DNA of 32,000 nt from Candidatus Baldrarchaeota archaeon (GTDB lineage Archaea; Asgardarchaeota; Baldrarchaeia; Baldrarchaeales; DXJG01), in contig DXJG01000002.1 of assembly GCA_019056805.1 (NCBI GenBank), positions 106,907 through 138,906 of the forward strand, written 5' to 3'. A program made the position numbers and the translations under genes. Below, one piece after another: positions 8,597 through 19,149 of the stretch (its first letter is position 1; every line of letters begins with the position of its first letter). Below the pieces are notes generated by a model. The model made no database searches. It saw nothing but the letters and a program-made list of their open reading frames with translations, and was not told the DNA's origin.

Positions 8597-9208
8597 TTAT
8601 TCTTCTTTTTTTAGTCCTAATCTTTCATATATTTCTTTTTTGTTGGCTTCAACTTTAGACATTACTTCATGATAAAGGTTATTTCCGTACGTGTCAATGG
8701 CAACGGTAAGAGGACCAAAATTTTCTACTTCAAAGACCCACAATGCCTCAGGCATTCCTAGATCTAACCATTCAACACTTTTGACCTTTTTTATCGCTTC
8801 TGCTGCAAGAACAGCCGCTCCTCCAGTAAAAGCACAATATACTGCCCCGTATTTTTTACAAGCTTCGGCGGTCTTCTTACCCATACCACCCTTACCAATT
8901 ATTATTCTAACTTTAAATTTCTCTATGAATTCAGCTTCAAAAAGCTCCATACGTGTACTGGTTGTAGGACCTGCGGCCACCGTTATCCATTCATCATTTA
9001 TTTTTTTAATTATCGGTCCACAGTGATATAGAGCTACCCCTTCAAAATCAATGGGAAGTTTCTCTCCCTTCTCATAATATTCCAATGCTCTCTTATGAGC
9101 TTCATCCCTAGCAGTAACTAGCGTGCCCGTAACATAAATTATGTCTCCAATTTTTAATTTACGAACGTCTTCCTCCGAAACAGGGGTTTTAAACCTAAAA
9201 ACAGCCAT
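8597..9208 (-). CDS. Fe-S fumarate hydratase (class I) beta subunit
   Basis: TARDEAH, YHCGP, AGPTTSTRM, IGKGG, GGAAV, GMPEALW. TtdB/FumA-C family; context favours fumarase. Confidence 0.92.
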   Translation of the reverse strand: MAVFRFKTPVSEEDVRKLKIGDIIYVTGTLVTARDEAHKRALEYYEKGEKLPIDFEGVALYHCGPIIKKINDEWITVAAGPTTSTRMELFEAEFIEKFKVRIIIGKGGMGKKTAEACKKYGAVYCAFTGGAAVLAAEAIKKVKSVEWLDLGMPEALWVFEVENFGPLTVAIDTYGNNLYHEVMSKVEANKKEIYERLGLKKEE

Positions 9209-10095
9209 TATTTTTCACCAACCTCATGTGTTAAATATTCTACAGTACCATCAGGATAAATTCTAGCAGTAGCTTTCCTAGCAGCCCAACACTGCACAAC
9301 TACTCCTACCGGATAACTGGCAGGATGTCTATGAGCATATTCTATATTAACTCCCAATGACGTTGTTTTACCGCCAAGCCCCATTGGGCCAATTCCTGTT
9401 TCATTAATAGCTTCTAATAATTCTTCTTCTATTTTAGCTATCTCCGGGTCTGGATGTCTTTGAGTTATTGGTCTTAGTAATGCCTTTTTAGCCAGTTTCA
9501 TGGCAATATCTGCTCCACCACCTATACCAACACCCAAAATTATAGGTGGGCATGGTTGTCCCCCAGCTTGCACTACAGTATCAATAACAAATTTCTTCAT
9601 ACCTTCTACGCCTTCACCGGGCTTTAACATACCTAATCTAGACATATTTTCACTTCCACCACCCTTTGGAAAAACCGTAATCTCTAAGAAATTTCCTTGA
9701 ATAATTTCCCAATTTATGTATGGTATATATCTTCCCGTGTTGTCTCCACTATTTTTCTGAGTTATTGGATGAACAGCATTTGGTCTCAACGGAATTTCTC
9801 TAGTTGCTCTTACAGTCGCGGTTTTCAATATTTCAGAAAGTCCACTAATCTCTTCAAATTTATCGCAAATCTTAACATAAAAAATAATAACCCCAGTATC
9901 TTGACACATTGGTCTCTCAGTTTTCTCTGCAAGTGTAATGTTGTCTAAAATAGCCTTTAACTGTGTTTTTGCGGTTTGATCAGTTTCCCTTTCATACGCG
10001 GCTTTCAAGGCATCCTTTACATCTCTTGGCAATCTTGTTACAGCAAGACGCAATAAATTAACAGTAGTATCTTCAATTTTTTGAACTAGATTCAT
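9208..10095 (-). CDS. Fe-S fumarate hydratase (class I) alpha subunit
   Basis: [50 protein letters not shown] overlap with the beta subunit. Confidence 0.92.
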   Translation of the reverse strand: MNLVQKIEDTTVNLLRLAVTRLPRDVKDALKAAYERETDQTAKTQLKAILDNITLAEKTERPMCQDTGVIIFYVKICDKFEEISGLSEILKTATVRATREIPLRPNAVHPITQKNSGDNTGRYIPYINWEIIQGNFLEITVFPKGGGSENMSRLGMLKPGEGVEGMKKFVIDTVVQAGGQPCPPIILGVGIGGGADIAMKLAKKALLRPITQRHPDPEIAKIEEELLEAINETGIGPMGLGGKTTSLGVNIEYAHRHPASYPVGVVVQCWAARKATARIYPDGTVEYLTHEVGEK

Positions 10096-10318
10096 ATTTC
10101 TCTCCCTTCTATCAAAACTAATTTACGTTTCAATGCAGAAATAAAAAAGCCACGATAGTTTATATAAAGCTTCTTTCTACGAACGGAAGAAACAGGCAGT
10201 TTTTTCTAAATAGTTATATTAACAGGATTATAAATATCGAAAGTGGTATTATTGTCAAAAATTTTCGTATAATTTTATAATTTTGCAATATTCTAATAAA
10301 ATATTATTTCTTACGATA

Positions 10319-10993
10319 CTACTCCCTATGCTTTACATAGAGATTCGAATTAACTACCGACGGTATCTTTCCTTCCTTTAACATAATTTCTTCATCCTTA
10401 ACAATATCTTTCTTCAAATACTGCACCAATTCTTCGGAAATTAAAGGCCTTTTATTTACCAATGGAAATGCGAAAGGAAGCGTAATGGTATAGTATTTGT
10501 CAACACGTATATCTAATCCAACCTTTACTGGTATTTCCTCCAGTTTTTTCCCTTTTCTTACCTCATTTGCAAGATACACTGCGCCATCTATGGAAAACTG
10601 ATATTTACCTAAAGATCTTTTTAAGGAAAATGGCAAAAAACGTGAAATAAGTTTCTCTGTTCTACCTGCAGGTGGATGATCACCCAAAATTCCACCAACT
10701 ACAACGCACGACGCAACCCTGAAATCTCTTGGCTCTAAAAGTTTTTTGGCATTGGGGTCAAGTACTATTATTCTTTTTTGATTAAAAGGAAGATCCTTTA
10801 CACTTCTACTAAAAACACTACCTAATTCTATAAGTTTCCTCGCTTCTTCCATATTTTTAACGTTAGTAAATATAATGTTTTCTCGCCCTACAATTTTCGA
10901 TGCATGTTTATATTCAAACCAAACCCACTTTCCCAATACAGGTTCCAAATGTTCTATAATAAAAAACGGTTCCTTATTTTTCTCCATAATCAT
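10319..10993 (-). CDS. SPOUT-class SAM-dependent methyltransferase, SFM1/DUF431-like
   Basis: FIIEHLE..W..EY.H, VLDP, VVGGILGDHPP.GRT, QFSIDGA. Confidence 0.85.
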   Translation of the reverse strand: MIMEKNKEPFFIIEHLEPVLGKWVWFEYKHASKIVGRENIIFTNVKNMEEARKLIELGSVFSRSVKDLPFNQKRIIVLDPNAKKLLEPRDFRVASCVVVGGILGDHPPAGRTEKLISRFLPFSLKRSLGKYQFSIDGAVYLANEVRKGKKLEEIPVKVGLDIRVDKYYTITLPFAFPLVNKRPLISEELVQYLKKDIVKDEEIMLKEGKIPSVVNSNLYVKHRE

Positions 10994-11025
10994 TACACCA
11001 AATATTTAACAGTAAAATGAGAATT

Positions 11026-11751
11026 TTAAGCCTCACTTGCGGGTTTTACAACAATGCCTTTGGGACTTATTTCAAAGGGGTGACGTCTGAGACTATGGGA
11101 GGTTCCTCTCATTTTTCTAACAATAAGAGATCTTCGTAATTCATCATTATTTTCATCCAAATACAAAATAATTACACCTTGAGCAATGAACTCTTCAACC
11201 CCAAATCTAGATATTTGACTAGGATTTGCAATTTCGGTAGTCATTATAGATGTAACTTCGAGTTCTCTTAAAAGTGCAGACAATTTGAATATAGATGTAC
11301 GGATTTGAAGAATGTCGTCAAATCTTACTCCGAGAGCAGATATAGAATCTAAAGCGATTCTTTGAGAACCAAGATCCTTTGCTGCTCTATAAATCTCTTT
11401 AGCAAGCTCATTTATATCAAAACCTCTTCTAAGAGCATAAGGCTCGTTCGTAGGTATACCAGCTTTACTAGATGCAGCATCAATAATTGCAAGTTTTCCA
11501 TGATTTTCAAGATGTTTAAGGTTCCAACCAAATTGTGCAACTTCTCTTCTTAATTCAGATGGTCTTTCTTCCAATGTTACAAAGACTCCAGGCTCATTGT
11601 ACAAAACTGCACCCATATAAACAAATTGCATGCTAAAAATTGTTTTTCCTGTTCCTGTCCCACCGCTAATTAATACATTCGTTCCTTTAATAAATCCCCC
11701 ATTTAGTATACCATCCAGTCCAGGTATTCCAGTTTTTACTCTTTCAGACAT
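11026..11751 (-). CDS. Single-domain KaiC/RAD55-type RecA-superfamily ATPase
   Basis: TGIPGLD, Walker A GGTGTGKT, VTLEE, IALDSIS, RKMRGT.H. Confidence 0.93.
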   Translation of the reverse strand: MSERVKTGIPGLDGILNGGFIKGTNVLISGGTGTGKTIFSMQFVYMGAVLYNEPGVFVTLEERPSELRREVAQFGWNLKHLENHGKLAIIDAASSKAGIPTNEPYALRRGFDINELAKEIYRAAKDLGSQRIALDSISALGVRFDDILQIRTSIFKLSALLRELEVTSIMTTEIANPSQISRFGVEEFIAQGVIILYLDENNDELRRSLIVRKMRGTSHSLRRHPFEISPKGIVVKPASEA

Positions 11752-12253
11752 TACAATTCTCCCCTCCTACATCTTGAAATATTAAGGGGCTTAATAACTC
11801 CTCACCTTTAATGACTTTTGAAATATTCCACATTATAAGTTCCTGTACGTCCGGATCGTTCTTAAGTTTTCGGATAATGTCACTAACTTCTTCTGCGTTT
11901 CTACCAATAAGAATAAGGTAAACCATAGTTTTTTGTTGTCCCAAAGCGATAAATCTAACTCTTTCATCGGATTTTAATCTTTTAGCTAATTGTTCGGCTT
12001 TCTTTATACTCATATCCTCAACTATATGTCCACCAATTCTCAATTTAATTAAACTTACATAATTATAACCCAAACTTTGCGGAGAAATTAAAACAGTGTA
12101 ACCTTTAATAACTCCATTTTCGACGAGTTTCTTTACCCTAAAGTGTATTGTAGTATCGGGTATACTTAGCTTTTCAGCAATCTTTGTGAACGGAGTTCGA
12201 GCATTTTGCTGAAGGAGGCAAAGAATTTTTCTATCAAGATCGTCTATGGCCAT
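11744..12253 (-). CDS. Lrp/AsnC family transcriptional regulator
   Basis: DDLDRKIL.LLQQNARTPFTKIAEKL....TTIHFRVKKLVENGVIKGY. Overlaps the KaiC gene by 8 nt. Confidence 0.92.
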   Translation of the reverse strand: MAIDDLDRKILCLLQQNARTPFTKIAEKLSIPDTTIHFRVKKLVENGVIKGYTVLISPQSLGYNYVSLIKLRIGGHIVEDMSIKKAEQLAKRLKSDERVRFIALGQQKTMVYLILIGRNAEEVSDIIRKLKNDPDVQELIMWNISKVIKGEELLSPLIFQDVGGENCNV

Positions 12254-12563
12254 CTCTTATCACTACTTATATTGTTGTACTTATGTAGCTATATAAAAAT
12301 TTTTAAAAAATTTAATCTTAATGGTTCGATATTGGGATCACTGCAATTATTGTTGTAATCTTTTTAGATTTGCACAATAATAATATAGAAAATTCAAAAA
12401 GACACTAAGACAAAATAACAAGTAAAATAACTAATTTAGAGACTAAAACTCAAATTACACCACAATTAGTTGTGTAATACTCACTAATTTGCATATTACC
12501 CCCTAAAATAGTACATTAAGTAATGAATAACTGTGGAATTTCTCTCCGCGAATAAAACATTCC

Positions 12564-12830
12564 TTACTGCATTATGGTATAAATTAGGCTCCAAAGAACT
12601 AACCATAAAAAAATAAAAGCAAATAGTCCGGTGAAAAATGCTGTTCCAGTTCCTCCGACTTCTTCCAGTTCTCTTCTAATTGCAAAAAGTGAAATATAAT
12701 AGGACGTAATAAGCATAAATAAACCGAAAAATATACCACGCCAACTTGACATGTTAAGGAAACCACATATTAAAGCTGTTATGACGGCAAGAGCTACTTT
12801 AATCCAATAAATTTTGTCCTTAGGATTCAA
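12564..12830 (-). CDS. EMC6/RAB5IF(OPTI)-like three-helix membrane protein
   Basis: IYWIKVALAVITALICGFL...EEVGG...TGLFAFIFLWLVLWSLIYT resembles the Rab5ip pattern (YW.R......G...G.L...EEYGG...EG...F...WI..YT). TTG start. Confidence 0.75.
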   Translation of the reverse strand: MNPKDKIYWIKVALAVITALICGFLNMSSWRGIFFGLFMLITSYYISLFAIRRELEEVGGTGTAFFTGLFAFIFLWLVLWSLIYTIMQ

Positions 12831-12854
12831 GTAGTAACACCTCTCAATATTTAG

Positions 12855-14915
12855 GTGATGAAATTGGTTAAAGATAGTATGTCTGCTATTGATATTTCAG
12901 CAATTGTATATGAACTTAATCAACAGTTAATTGGAGGATGGGTTAATAACATTTACCAATTGAATTCAAATATTTTCCTATTTAAGATCAGGACAACTCA
13001 AAATTTAGAACTGCTTATTGAACCCGGAAGAAGAATACATTTAACAAAGTATTTACGTGAAAAACCGTTAAGGCCACTTACTTTTTGTATGACACTTCGC
13101 AAATACTTAAGAAATGCTCGAATATTAGAAATAAAACAGTATGATCTCGACAGAATCGTTATAATAACTTTTGAAACAAAACAACAAAAATACCATATTG
13201 TTGCAGAATTTTTCAGGGAAGGAAACCTAATACTTTTAGATGCTGATCAAAAAATTATTGTTGCACAAAAATATAAAAGAATGCGAGATCGAAACATCAT
13301 ACCAAAAGAAAAATATGTTTTTCCCCCTTCCAGAGGTAAAAATCTTAACGAAGTCACCTTAGAAGAATTATGGGAATCCACATCTAATTCCGATAAGGAT
13401 ATCGTTAGAACACTGATTTCCTCAATCAATATCGATCCAACACTTATAGAAGACGCATGTCTACAGTTAAATATAGACAAAAAAACTCCAGCAAAAACAA
13501 TAACAAAGGAACAGTTAAAAAATATTTTAGAAAAAATCAGAGAAACAGTAGAAAATGTTTCACAAGGCAAAATAACCCCCCTAATTATTCTCGATGAAAG
13601 TGGAGAGAAACTACAGAGTGTAGAACCGATAAAGTTAAAGAAATATGAAAAAAATCCTTTTAAGATTTTTAATTCTTTTAACGAAGCTGCTGACGAGTTT
13701 TTCAGCAAAATTGAGGTGGAAAGTTTAGTAAAGGAGGACGCAAGACCCGAAGATGAAATGATTAAAAAACTGGAAAAGCGATTAAAAATTCAAGAAGAGA
13801 ATTTAAGAAAATTAATTCTTAAACAAGCAGAGTCGAAGAAAAAAGGAGATCTGATATATGCGCATTTAAACGAAATAGAAGAAATAATTTCTACTATTTT
13901 AGATGCTAGAAGAAAAGGGTATACTTGGGAGGAGATAATTAAAAAAATAGAGGAAGGAAAAAAACGCGGAGTTTCATCTGCGCAAATGATTAAAAAACTT
14001 GATCCGAAAAACGGGACAATTACTGTAATTTTAGACGATGAAGAAATCGTTTTAGATTTTAGGAAAAACGCTGTGCAAAATGCATCAAAATACTATGAAC
14101 TTGCAAAAAAAGCAGCAAGTAAGATAGAAGGATTAAAAAATGCCATTGAAAAAACCAAAAATGAACTAAATACTATATTAGAAAGAAAAATGCTAAGAAC
14201 CGAGCAAAAAGAGGAAATTATATTTGTAAAAAGAAGAGAAAAGAAATGGTATGAAAAATTCAGATGGTTTTTCTCCTCCAATGGATTCTTGGTTATCGGA
14301 GGAAGAGATGCCAAGCAGAACGAAGAAATAGTCAAAAAATACCTCGAAAAAAACGATATTTTTATTCATGCAGATATAGAAGGAGCTCCTCATGTCATCA
14401 TAAAAAATAAAGAACAAGACGTACCGGAAACAACGATTAAAGAAGCCGCTCAATTCGCAGTTTCATATTCAAAGGCTTGGAAAATGGGATTAGGTTCAGC
14501 AGATGCTTACTGGGTAACCGCTGAACAAGTTTCGTTTTCTCCGCCATCAGGACAATATTTAAGACACGGAGCAGTCATCATAAAAGGTAAAAGGAATTAT
14601 CTAAAGAATACGCCTTTACAATTAGCTATAGGTCTCATTAAGGACGGAGAATATTATATTCCGATATCAGGCCCGTTATCTGCTATTAAAAATCAAACAA
14701 AAAATTTTGTAATCATAATTCCTGGGAAAATACCCAGTGGAAAACTAAGTAAAATGATAAAATACTTATTACTAAGAAAACTACCTGAAGAAGAAAGAAG
14801 GATAGCTGAAAGAACGGTTCTAATTGACGATATACAAAGACTAATTCCAAGCGGCACCGGAGAAATATTGGAAGAAAACAAAAGCGAAAAAAACAGGCAG
14901 TCAAAAAACCATTGA
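12855..14915 (+). CDS. rqcH: Ribosome quality-control NEMF/Rqc2/FbpA homolog (aRqcH)
   Basis: MSAIDI, FCMTLRKYL, DRI, EFFREGNLIL, coiled coils, KWYEKFRWFFSS, GGRDAKQNE, HADIEGAP, AVSYSKAW. Confidence 0.95.
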   Translation: MMKLVKDSMSAIDISAIVYELNQQLIGGWVNNIYQLNSNIFLFKIRTTQNLELLIEPGRRIHLTKYLREKPLRPLTFCMTLRKYLRNARILEIKQYDLDRIVIITFETKQQKYHIVAEFFREGNLILLDADQKIIVAQKYKRMRDRNIIPKEKYVFPPSRGKNLNEVTLEELWESTSNSDKDIVRTLISSINIDPTLIEDACLQLNIDKKTPAKTITKEQLKNILEKIRETVENVSQGKITPLIILDESGEKLQSVEPIKLKKYEKNPFKIFNSFNEAADEFFSKIEVESLVKEDARPEDEMIKKLEKRLKIQEENLRKLILKQAESKKKGDLIYAHLNEIEEIISTILDARRKGYTWEEIIKKIEEGKKRGVSSAQMIKKLDPKNGTITVILDDEEIVLDFRKNAVQNASKYYELAKKAASKIEGLKNAIEKTKNELNTILERKMLRTEQKEEIIFVKRREKKWYEKFRWFFSSNGFLVIGGRDAKQNEEIVKKYLEKNDIFIHADIEGAPHVIIKNKEQDVPETTIKEAAQFAVSYSKAWKMGLGSADAYWVTAEQVSFSPPSGQYLRHGAVIIKGKRNYLKNTPLQLAIGLIKDGEYYIPISGPLSAIKNQTKNFVIIIPGKIPSGKLSKMIKYLLLRKLPEEERRIAERTVLIDDIQRLIPSGTGEILEENKSEKNRQSKNH

Positions 14916-14966
14916 GATTTTTCAGCTAAGCCAATACTATATAAAAAGGATTGTATGGTGTAACTG

Positions 14967-16316
14967 ATGTTGGTCGATTGTTGTATTGAAAACGCTAAAA
15001 TATACTTTAAGGGCAATATCGTAGAAGGCGGAATACTCATAGATAACGGCAAAATAATAAAAATTAAGAAAAATACATCCCTAATACAATCTGACCACAA
15101 AATTAATGCAAAAAATCGCTTAGTACTTCCTGGCTGTATTGACGTACATGTACATCTGAGAGATTTTAAGCTATCTTATAAAGAAGACTTTTATACTGGA
15201 ACTTGTTCAGCTGCAAAAGGAGGAATAACAACAGTTTTAGATATGCCCAATTCTAAACCCCCCACTATAAATGTTAATATCCTCAAAGAAAGAAAAGATA
15301 TTGCCAGAAAGAAAATAGTTATCAATGTAGGTTTTTATGCCGCAGTTCCATCCGAAATCGAAAAAATTCCTTTACTAGTTAGAGAAGGAATTTTTGGCTT
15401 CAAATTATATCTTCATCATCCTCTAACAAAAATAAATGTTGAAGATGAAAACGAATTAATAAAATATTTTTCAGAAATAGCTAAATGGAACATTATATTA
15501 GCAGTTCATCCTGACGATAAAAGAACCATCGAGAAAAATCTATCTCTTTTAAAAGGAAAAAATCTATCTCCCTTGGAAATATTTCTAAAAACATACACAC
15601 CGGAAGGAGAAAGAATCGCAATTGACCGATGTCTAAAAATAGCGGAAAAAACCAAAGCACGACTACATATATGCCATATATCAACATCTTCTGCTCTTAC
15701 AGCGATTCAGATCGCGAAAAAGAGGAACCTAAATGTCACATGCGAAGTAACACCTCATCACCTATTTCTAAAAATAGACGACTTTAAACAATGGAAATCT
15801 TATGCAAAGACACTACCCCCATTACGTACGCAACAAGACTTAGAAGCTCTTTGGAAAGGTCTAAAAGAAGGAGTTATAGATATTATTGCAACCGATCATG
15901 CTCCCCATACAATCGAAGAAAAAGAAAAGGATTTTTTGGAAGCCCCTCCAGGCATTCCAGGTTTTGAAGTTATGCTTCCTCTCATGTTAACCATGGTTAA
16001 ACATGGTAAAATTTCGTTAGACACTCTTATTTCGTTGACTTCATATAATCCAGCAAAAATATTTGGTTTAAAAAATAAAGGAAAAATATCTGAGGGATCA
16101 GATGCAGACTTGGTTTTGGTTGATATGAAAAGTCAAGATATCATAAAACCAGAACTTTTTTGTTCTAAAGCAAAGTATTCTCCATTTGCAGGCTGGAAAG
16201 TAGAAGCCAAAATTGTTGCCACGATTGTAAATGGTATGCTAGTAATGGAAGATGGAGAAATTTTAGCTCCTACGGGAAGTGGGAAAATTCTTGAAAGGAG
16301 CGATCCGCTATGTTGA
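14967..16316 (+). CDS. pyrC: Dihydroorotase (amidohydrolase family)
   Basis: PGCIDVHVHLRD, GGITTVLDMPNS.P, HICHIS, CEVTPHHL, PPLR, ATDHAPH, SKAKYSPF.G. Confidence 0.88.
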   Translation: MLVDCCIENAKIYFKGNIVEGGILIDNGKIIKIKKNTSLIQSDHKINAKNRLVLPGCIDVHVHLRDFKLSYKEDFYTGTCSAAKGGITTVLDMPNSKPPTINVNILKERKDIARKKIVINVGFYAAVPSEIEKIPLLVREGIFGFKLYLHHPLTKINVEDENELIKYFSEIAKWNIILAVHPDDKRTIEKNLSLLKGKNLSPLEIFLKTYTPEGERIAIDRCLKIAEKTKARLHICHISTSSALTAIQIAKKRNLNVTCEVTPHHLFLKIDDFKQWKSYAKTLPPLRTQQDLEALWKGLKEGVIDIIATDHAPHTIEEKEKDFLEAPPGIPGFEVMLPLMLTMVKHGKISLDTLISLTSYNPAKIFGLKNKGKISEGSDADLVLVDMKSQDIIKPELFCSKAKYSPFAGWKVEAKIVATIVNGMLVMEDGEILAPTGSGKILERSDPLC

Positions 16317-16810
16317 AGTTTCTATGTGATGGCATGTTAGGAAGAATTGCAAGATGGCTTAGACTACTAGGTTGTGACACATCTTATAGTAGTTTAGACG
16401 ATGATAAAAAACTAATTGAAATAGCTAAAAAAGAGAAGAGAATACTATTAACAAAAGATCTAGAGCTTTACAAATCCGCTCTGAAAAATGGAATTCAAGC
16501 ATTTCTTGTTAAGGGTGACAGTTTTGAAACAATGCTGGCTCAAATTATTAGTTACTTCAATATTTCTCCTGAAATAAATCCAGAACTGTCTAGGTGTCCT
16601 GAGTGTAATGGTGAAATGCAGCATGTTCCAGCCAGTGACATTAAGAAATTTAATTTAAATCTCCCGGAAACTACATTAAAAGTTTATAAAGACTTTTGGA
16701 TATGTAAGGTGTGTCACAAAACTTATTGGAAGGGCCGTATGTGGAATAATATGAAGAAAACTCTTGAAAAAGTGAGGGAAAAAATGAAAAATAATCTTGA
16801 GGTATCTTGA
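16310..16810 (+). CDS. Mut7-C RNase domain protein (PIN-like + Zn ribbon)
   Basis: KFLCDGMLGRIARWLRLLG.D, LLTKD, SRCPECNG, C..C.K.YW.G. Overlaps pyrC stop. Confidence 0.92.
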   Translation: MLKFLCDGMLGRIARWLRLLGCDTSYSSLDDDKKLIEIAKKEKRILLTKDLELYKSALKNGIQAFLVKGDSFETMLAQIISYFNISPEINPELSRCPECNGEMQHVPASDIKKFNLNLPETTLKVYKDFWICKVCHKTYWKGRMWNNMKKTLEKVREKMKNNLEVS

Positions 16811-16845
16811 ACTACTTATGGCTAATTTAGTCGGAGGTTCGAAAT

Positions 16846-17475
16846 TTGTATGTTTATTCGTTGGAAGAAGGGGAGTATCTAGTAAAATTAGCAAGAAAAA
16901 GTGTTGAAACCTATGTGAAAGAAAAAAGGAAAATAGATGTACCCAAGGATGTACCTGAAAAACTACGGCAAAAGGCAGGTGTTTTTGTAACACTAAATAA
17001 AATCGTAAAGACTGGAGAACCACATAAAACTGTGTTAAGAGGCTGTATCGGATATCCCTACCCAACGTTACCTCTTGTGGAAGCTACTATAGATGCTGCT
17101 ATACAAGCTGCTGTAAATGACCCTAGATTCCCACCTGTATCCGAAATTGAACTGAACAAAATAATTGTTGAAGTAAGTGTCCTTACTCCGCCCAAACTTC
17201 TTGAAGTAAGCGACCCCAAGGAATATCCTAAGAAAATCAAGATAGGTAGAGATGGTTTAATAGTCGAACTAGGATTTTATAAAGGTCTTCTCCTTCCTCA
17301 AGTTCCTGTTGAATGGAAATGGAATGAAGAAGAGTTTCTAAGTAATTGTTGTATGAAAGCTGGGCTTCCTCCAGATTGTTGGTTGGAAAAAGGTATAAAG
17401 ATTTACGTATTTCAAGCAGAAATTTTTGAAGAAGAAGCACCTTATGGACCTGTAAAACGTAAAGAGATATCATAA
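16846..17475 (+). CDS. AMMECR1 domain protein (TIGR00296 type)
   Basis: GVFVTL, LRGCIG, DPRFPP, EVSVLT, GRDGL, GLLLPQV, CMKAGL. Confidence 0.95.
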   Translation: MYVYSLEEGEYLVKLARKSVETYVKEKRKIDVPKDVPEKLRQKAGVFVTLNKIVKTGEPHKTVLRGCIGYPYPTLPLVEATIDAAIQAAVNDPRFPPVSEIELNKIIVEVSVLTPPKLLEVSDPKEYPKKIKIGRDGLIVELGFYKGLLLPQVPVEWKWNEEEFLSNCCMKAGLPPDCWLEKGIKIYVFQAEIFEEEAPYGPVKRKEIS

Positions 17476-17499
17476 AACAACAGAGCCAAAGGGATCATT

Positions 17500-18699
17500 A
17501 TGAAAGTGTATTTTACTCCATGTGGTGTTGCACTTGGTCATGCTGGTCGATGTTTACCCATAGCGAAGGAGATCCTAAAAAGTAATGGAAAGATTTTATT
17601 TTCTACGTATGGGGATGCCGTAGATTTCCTTAAAGCAGAAAACGTCCCAACTATTAAGGTACCAGAGATAAAATTTGAAGAAACTAAGGAGGGAGCCGTA
17701 GATTTAAGAACCACCGCAACAAAAGCTGCAAAATACATATATACTTTTTTTAAACAAATTAAAACTGAAATAAAATTAGTAAAAGTCTTCAACCCTGATG
17801 TTGTTATCTCTGATTCTAGACTTTCGCCTTTAATAGCTTGCCGACTTTTAGGAAAACCTTCCATATTATTACTACATCAACTTAAAATGTTAATTCCTCA
17901 TCGTAAGACTCTCTCAAAACTAGAGCAAAAACTAAAACATTTCGGTGAATTTGTTATAATGTATACACTTTACCCTTGGTGGAACCTTGCAAACATTATC
18001 CTTATTCCAGACTTCCCCCCTCCCTATACTATAGCCAAAGAAAACTTAAAAATACCAAAGAAAATTCTTGAGAAGAAAGCAAAGTTGATAGGACCCATAG
18101 TAAGTAGAAGACCGGAAGAACTTCCTCCACCTCATGAGGTTAAAAGAAAACTTGGGGTTGACGCTGATAAACCGTTGATTTATGCAGGTATGGGTGGAAC
18201 AAAAAAGGAAAAATTCCTGATTAATACGATGTTAGAGAGAATTTTTGAAAAGTTTCCCCAAAAATACCAGATTATTCTTACGAGAGGTTATCCAAATAGA
18301 TCTGAATTAGCTTATAAAAAGGAGAATTTACTTGTATATAATTGGTTTAAAGATCGTTATGCTTTGTTAAAAGCGTGTGATATCGTTATTTCACGAGCAG
18401 GACATAATACCGTAGCTGAGGCAATATACTTCGGAAAACCATTGATCCTTATTCCAACTCCAGCTCATAGCGAACATCAAGGAAATGCAAAATCTGCAGA
18501 AAAAATGGGAATTGCTAAGGTAATTCAACAAGACGACCTAAATTTCAAGGTTTTGCTTGACGCTATCGAAGAAATTATGAATGATGGACAGATTCCGAAA
18601 AATGTAAAAAGGGCGCAGCATTTTGCCCTAAAAATTAATGCCATACAGACAGTACTTCACTATGCTAGGAAGTTTGTAGCTGAAAAATATTCATCATAG
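17500..18699 (+). CDS. GT-B glycosyltransferase (MurG-like/GT28, MJ1255-type)
   Basis: GVALGHAGR, DVVISDS, ISRAGHNTVAEA, EHQGNA. Confidence 0.88.
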   Translation: MKVYFTPCGVALGHAGRCLPIAKEILKSNGKILFSTYGDAVDFLKAENVPTIKVPEIKFEETKEGAVDLRTTATKAAKYIYTFFKQIKTEIKLVKVFNPDVVISDSRLSPLIACRLLGKPSILLLHQLKMLIPHRKTLSKLEQKLKHFGEFVIMYTLYPWWNLANIILIPDFPPPYTIAKENLKIPKKILEKKAKLIGPIVSRRPEELPPPHEVKRKLGVDADKPLIYAGMGGTKKEKFLINTMLERIFEKFPQKYQIILTRGYPNRSELAYKKENLLVYNWFKDRYALLKACDIVISRAGHNTVAEAIYFGKPLILIPTPAHSEHQGNAKSAEKMGIAKVIQQDDLNFKVLLDAIEEIMNDGQIPKNVKRAQHFALKINAIQTVLHYARKFVAEKYSS

Positions 18700-18723
18700 A
18701 CTATATTTTCATCAGTGCTACAA

Positions 18724-19125
18724 TTACCCATCAAAAACTGGAATATCCACTTTTTCTACATATTCTTGCTTATTTATTGAAATTATACCATCTACTTTAT
18801 ACATTGAAGCGATTGCAACTACAATAGCCGTCTCAAAACTTAATCCTTTTTGCATAAAATGCCCAGCTTCCATTGCGATGCCAAGGTCGATAGGTATAAC
18901 CTTTATGTTGAGCATTGTCCGTATAGCGGCAAGAAACACGTCCACAAAACGATCTTCCGAGGCTTTTAGAAGTTCAGAGCAAAAATTCGTAAATGAAATA
19001 GAAGGTATAAGTAACTGGATTTCTCCTCTTTTTATTTTATTCCAAAGAGACTCCGCTCTTTTATCACCTTTAGCAACACTTACAAGGAAACTTGAATCAC
19101 AAACCAGCTTTTGTCCCCTCAACAT
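18724..19125 (-). CDS. PIN (VapC-like) domain protein with degenerate active site
   Basis: LVCDSSFL, LLIPSISF, VIPIDLGIAMEA. Expected acidic positions read TNF, FET and SIN. Confidence 0.75.
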   Translation of the reverse strand: MLRGQKLVCDSSFLVSVAKGDKRAESLWNKIKRGEIQLLIPSISFTNFCSELLKASEDRFVDVFLAAIRTMLNIKVIPIDLGIAMEAGHFMQKGLSFETAIVVAIASMYKVDGIISINKQEYVEKVDIPVFDG

Positions 19126-19149
19126 CTTAAATCACCATACTTAGTAATC

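Noticed and set aside
12440-12480. ATTACAC...GTGTAAT inverted repeat and short ORFs upstream of lrp
   Set aside because: Imperfect and AT-rich; cannot distinguish operator, terminator or chance.
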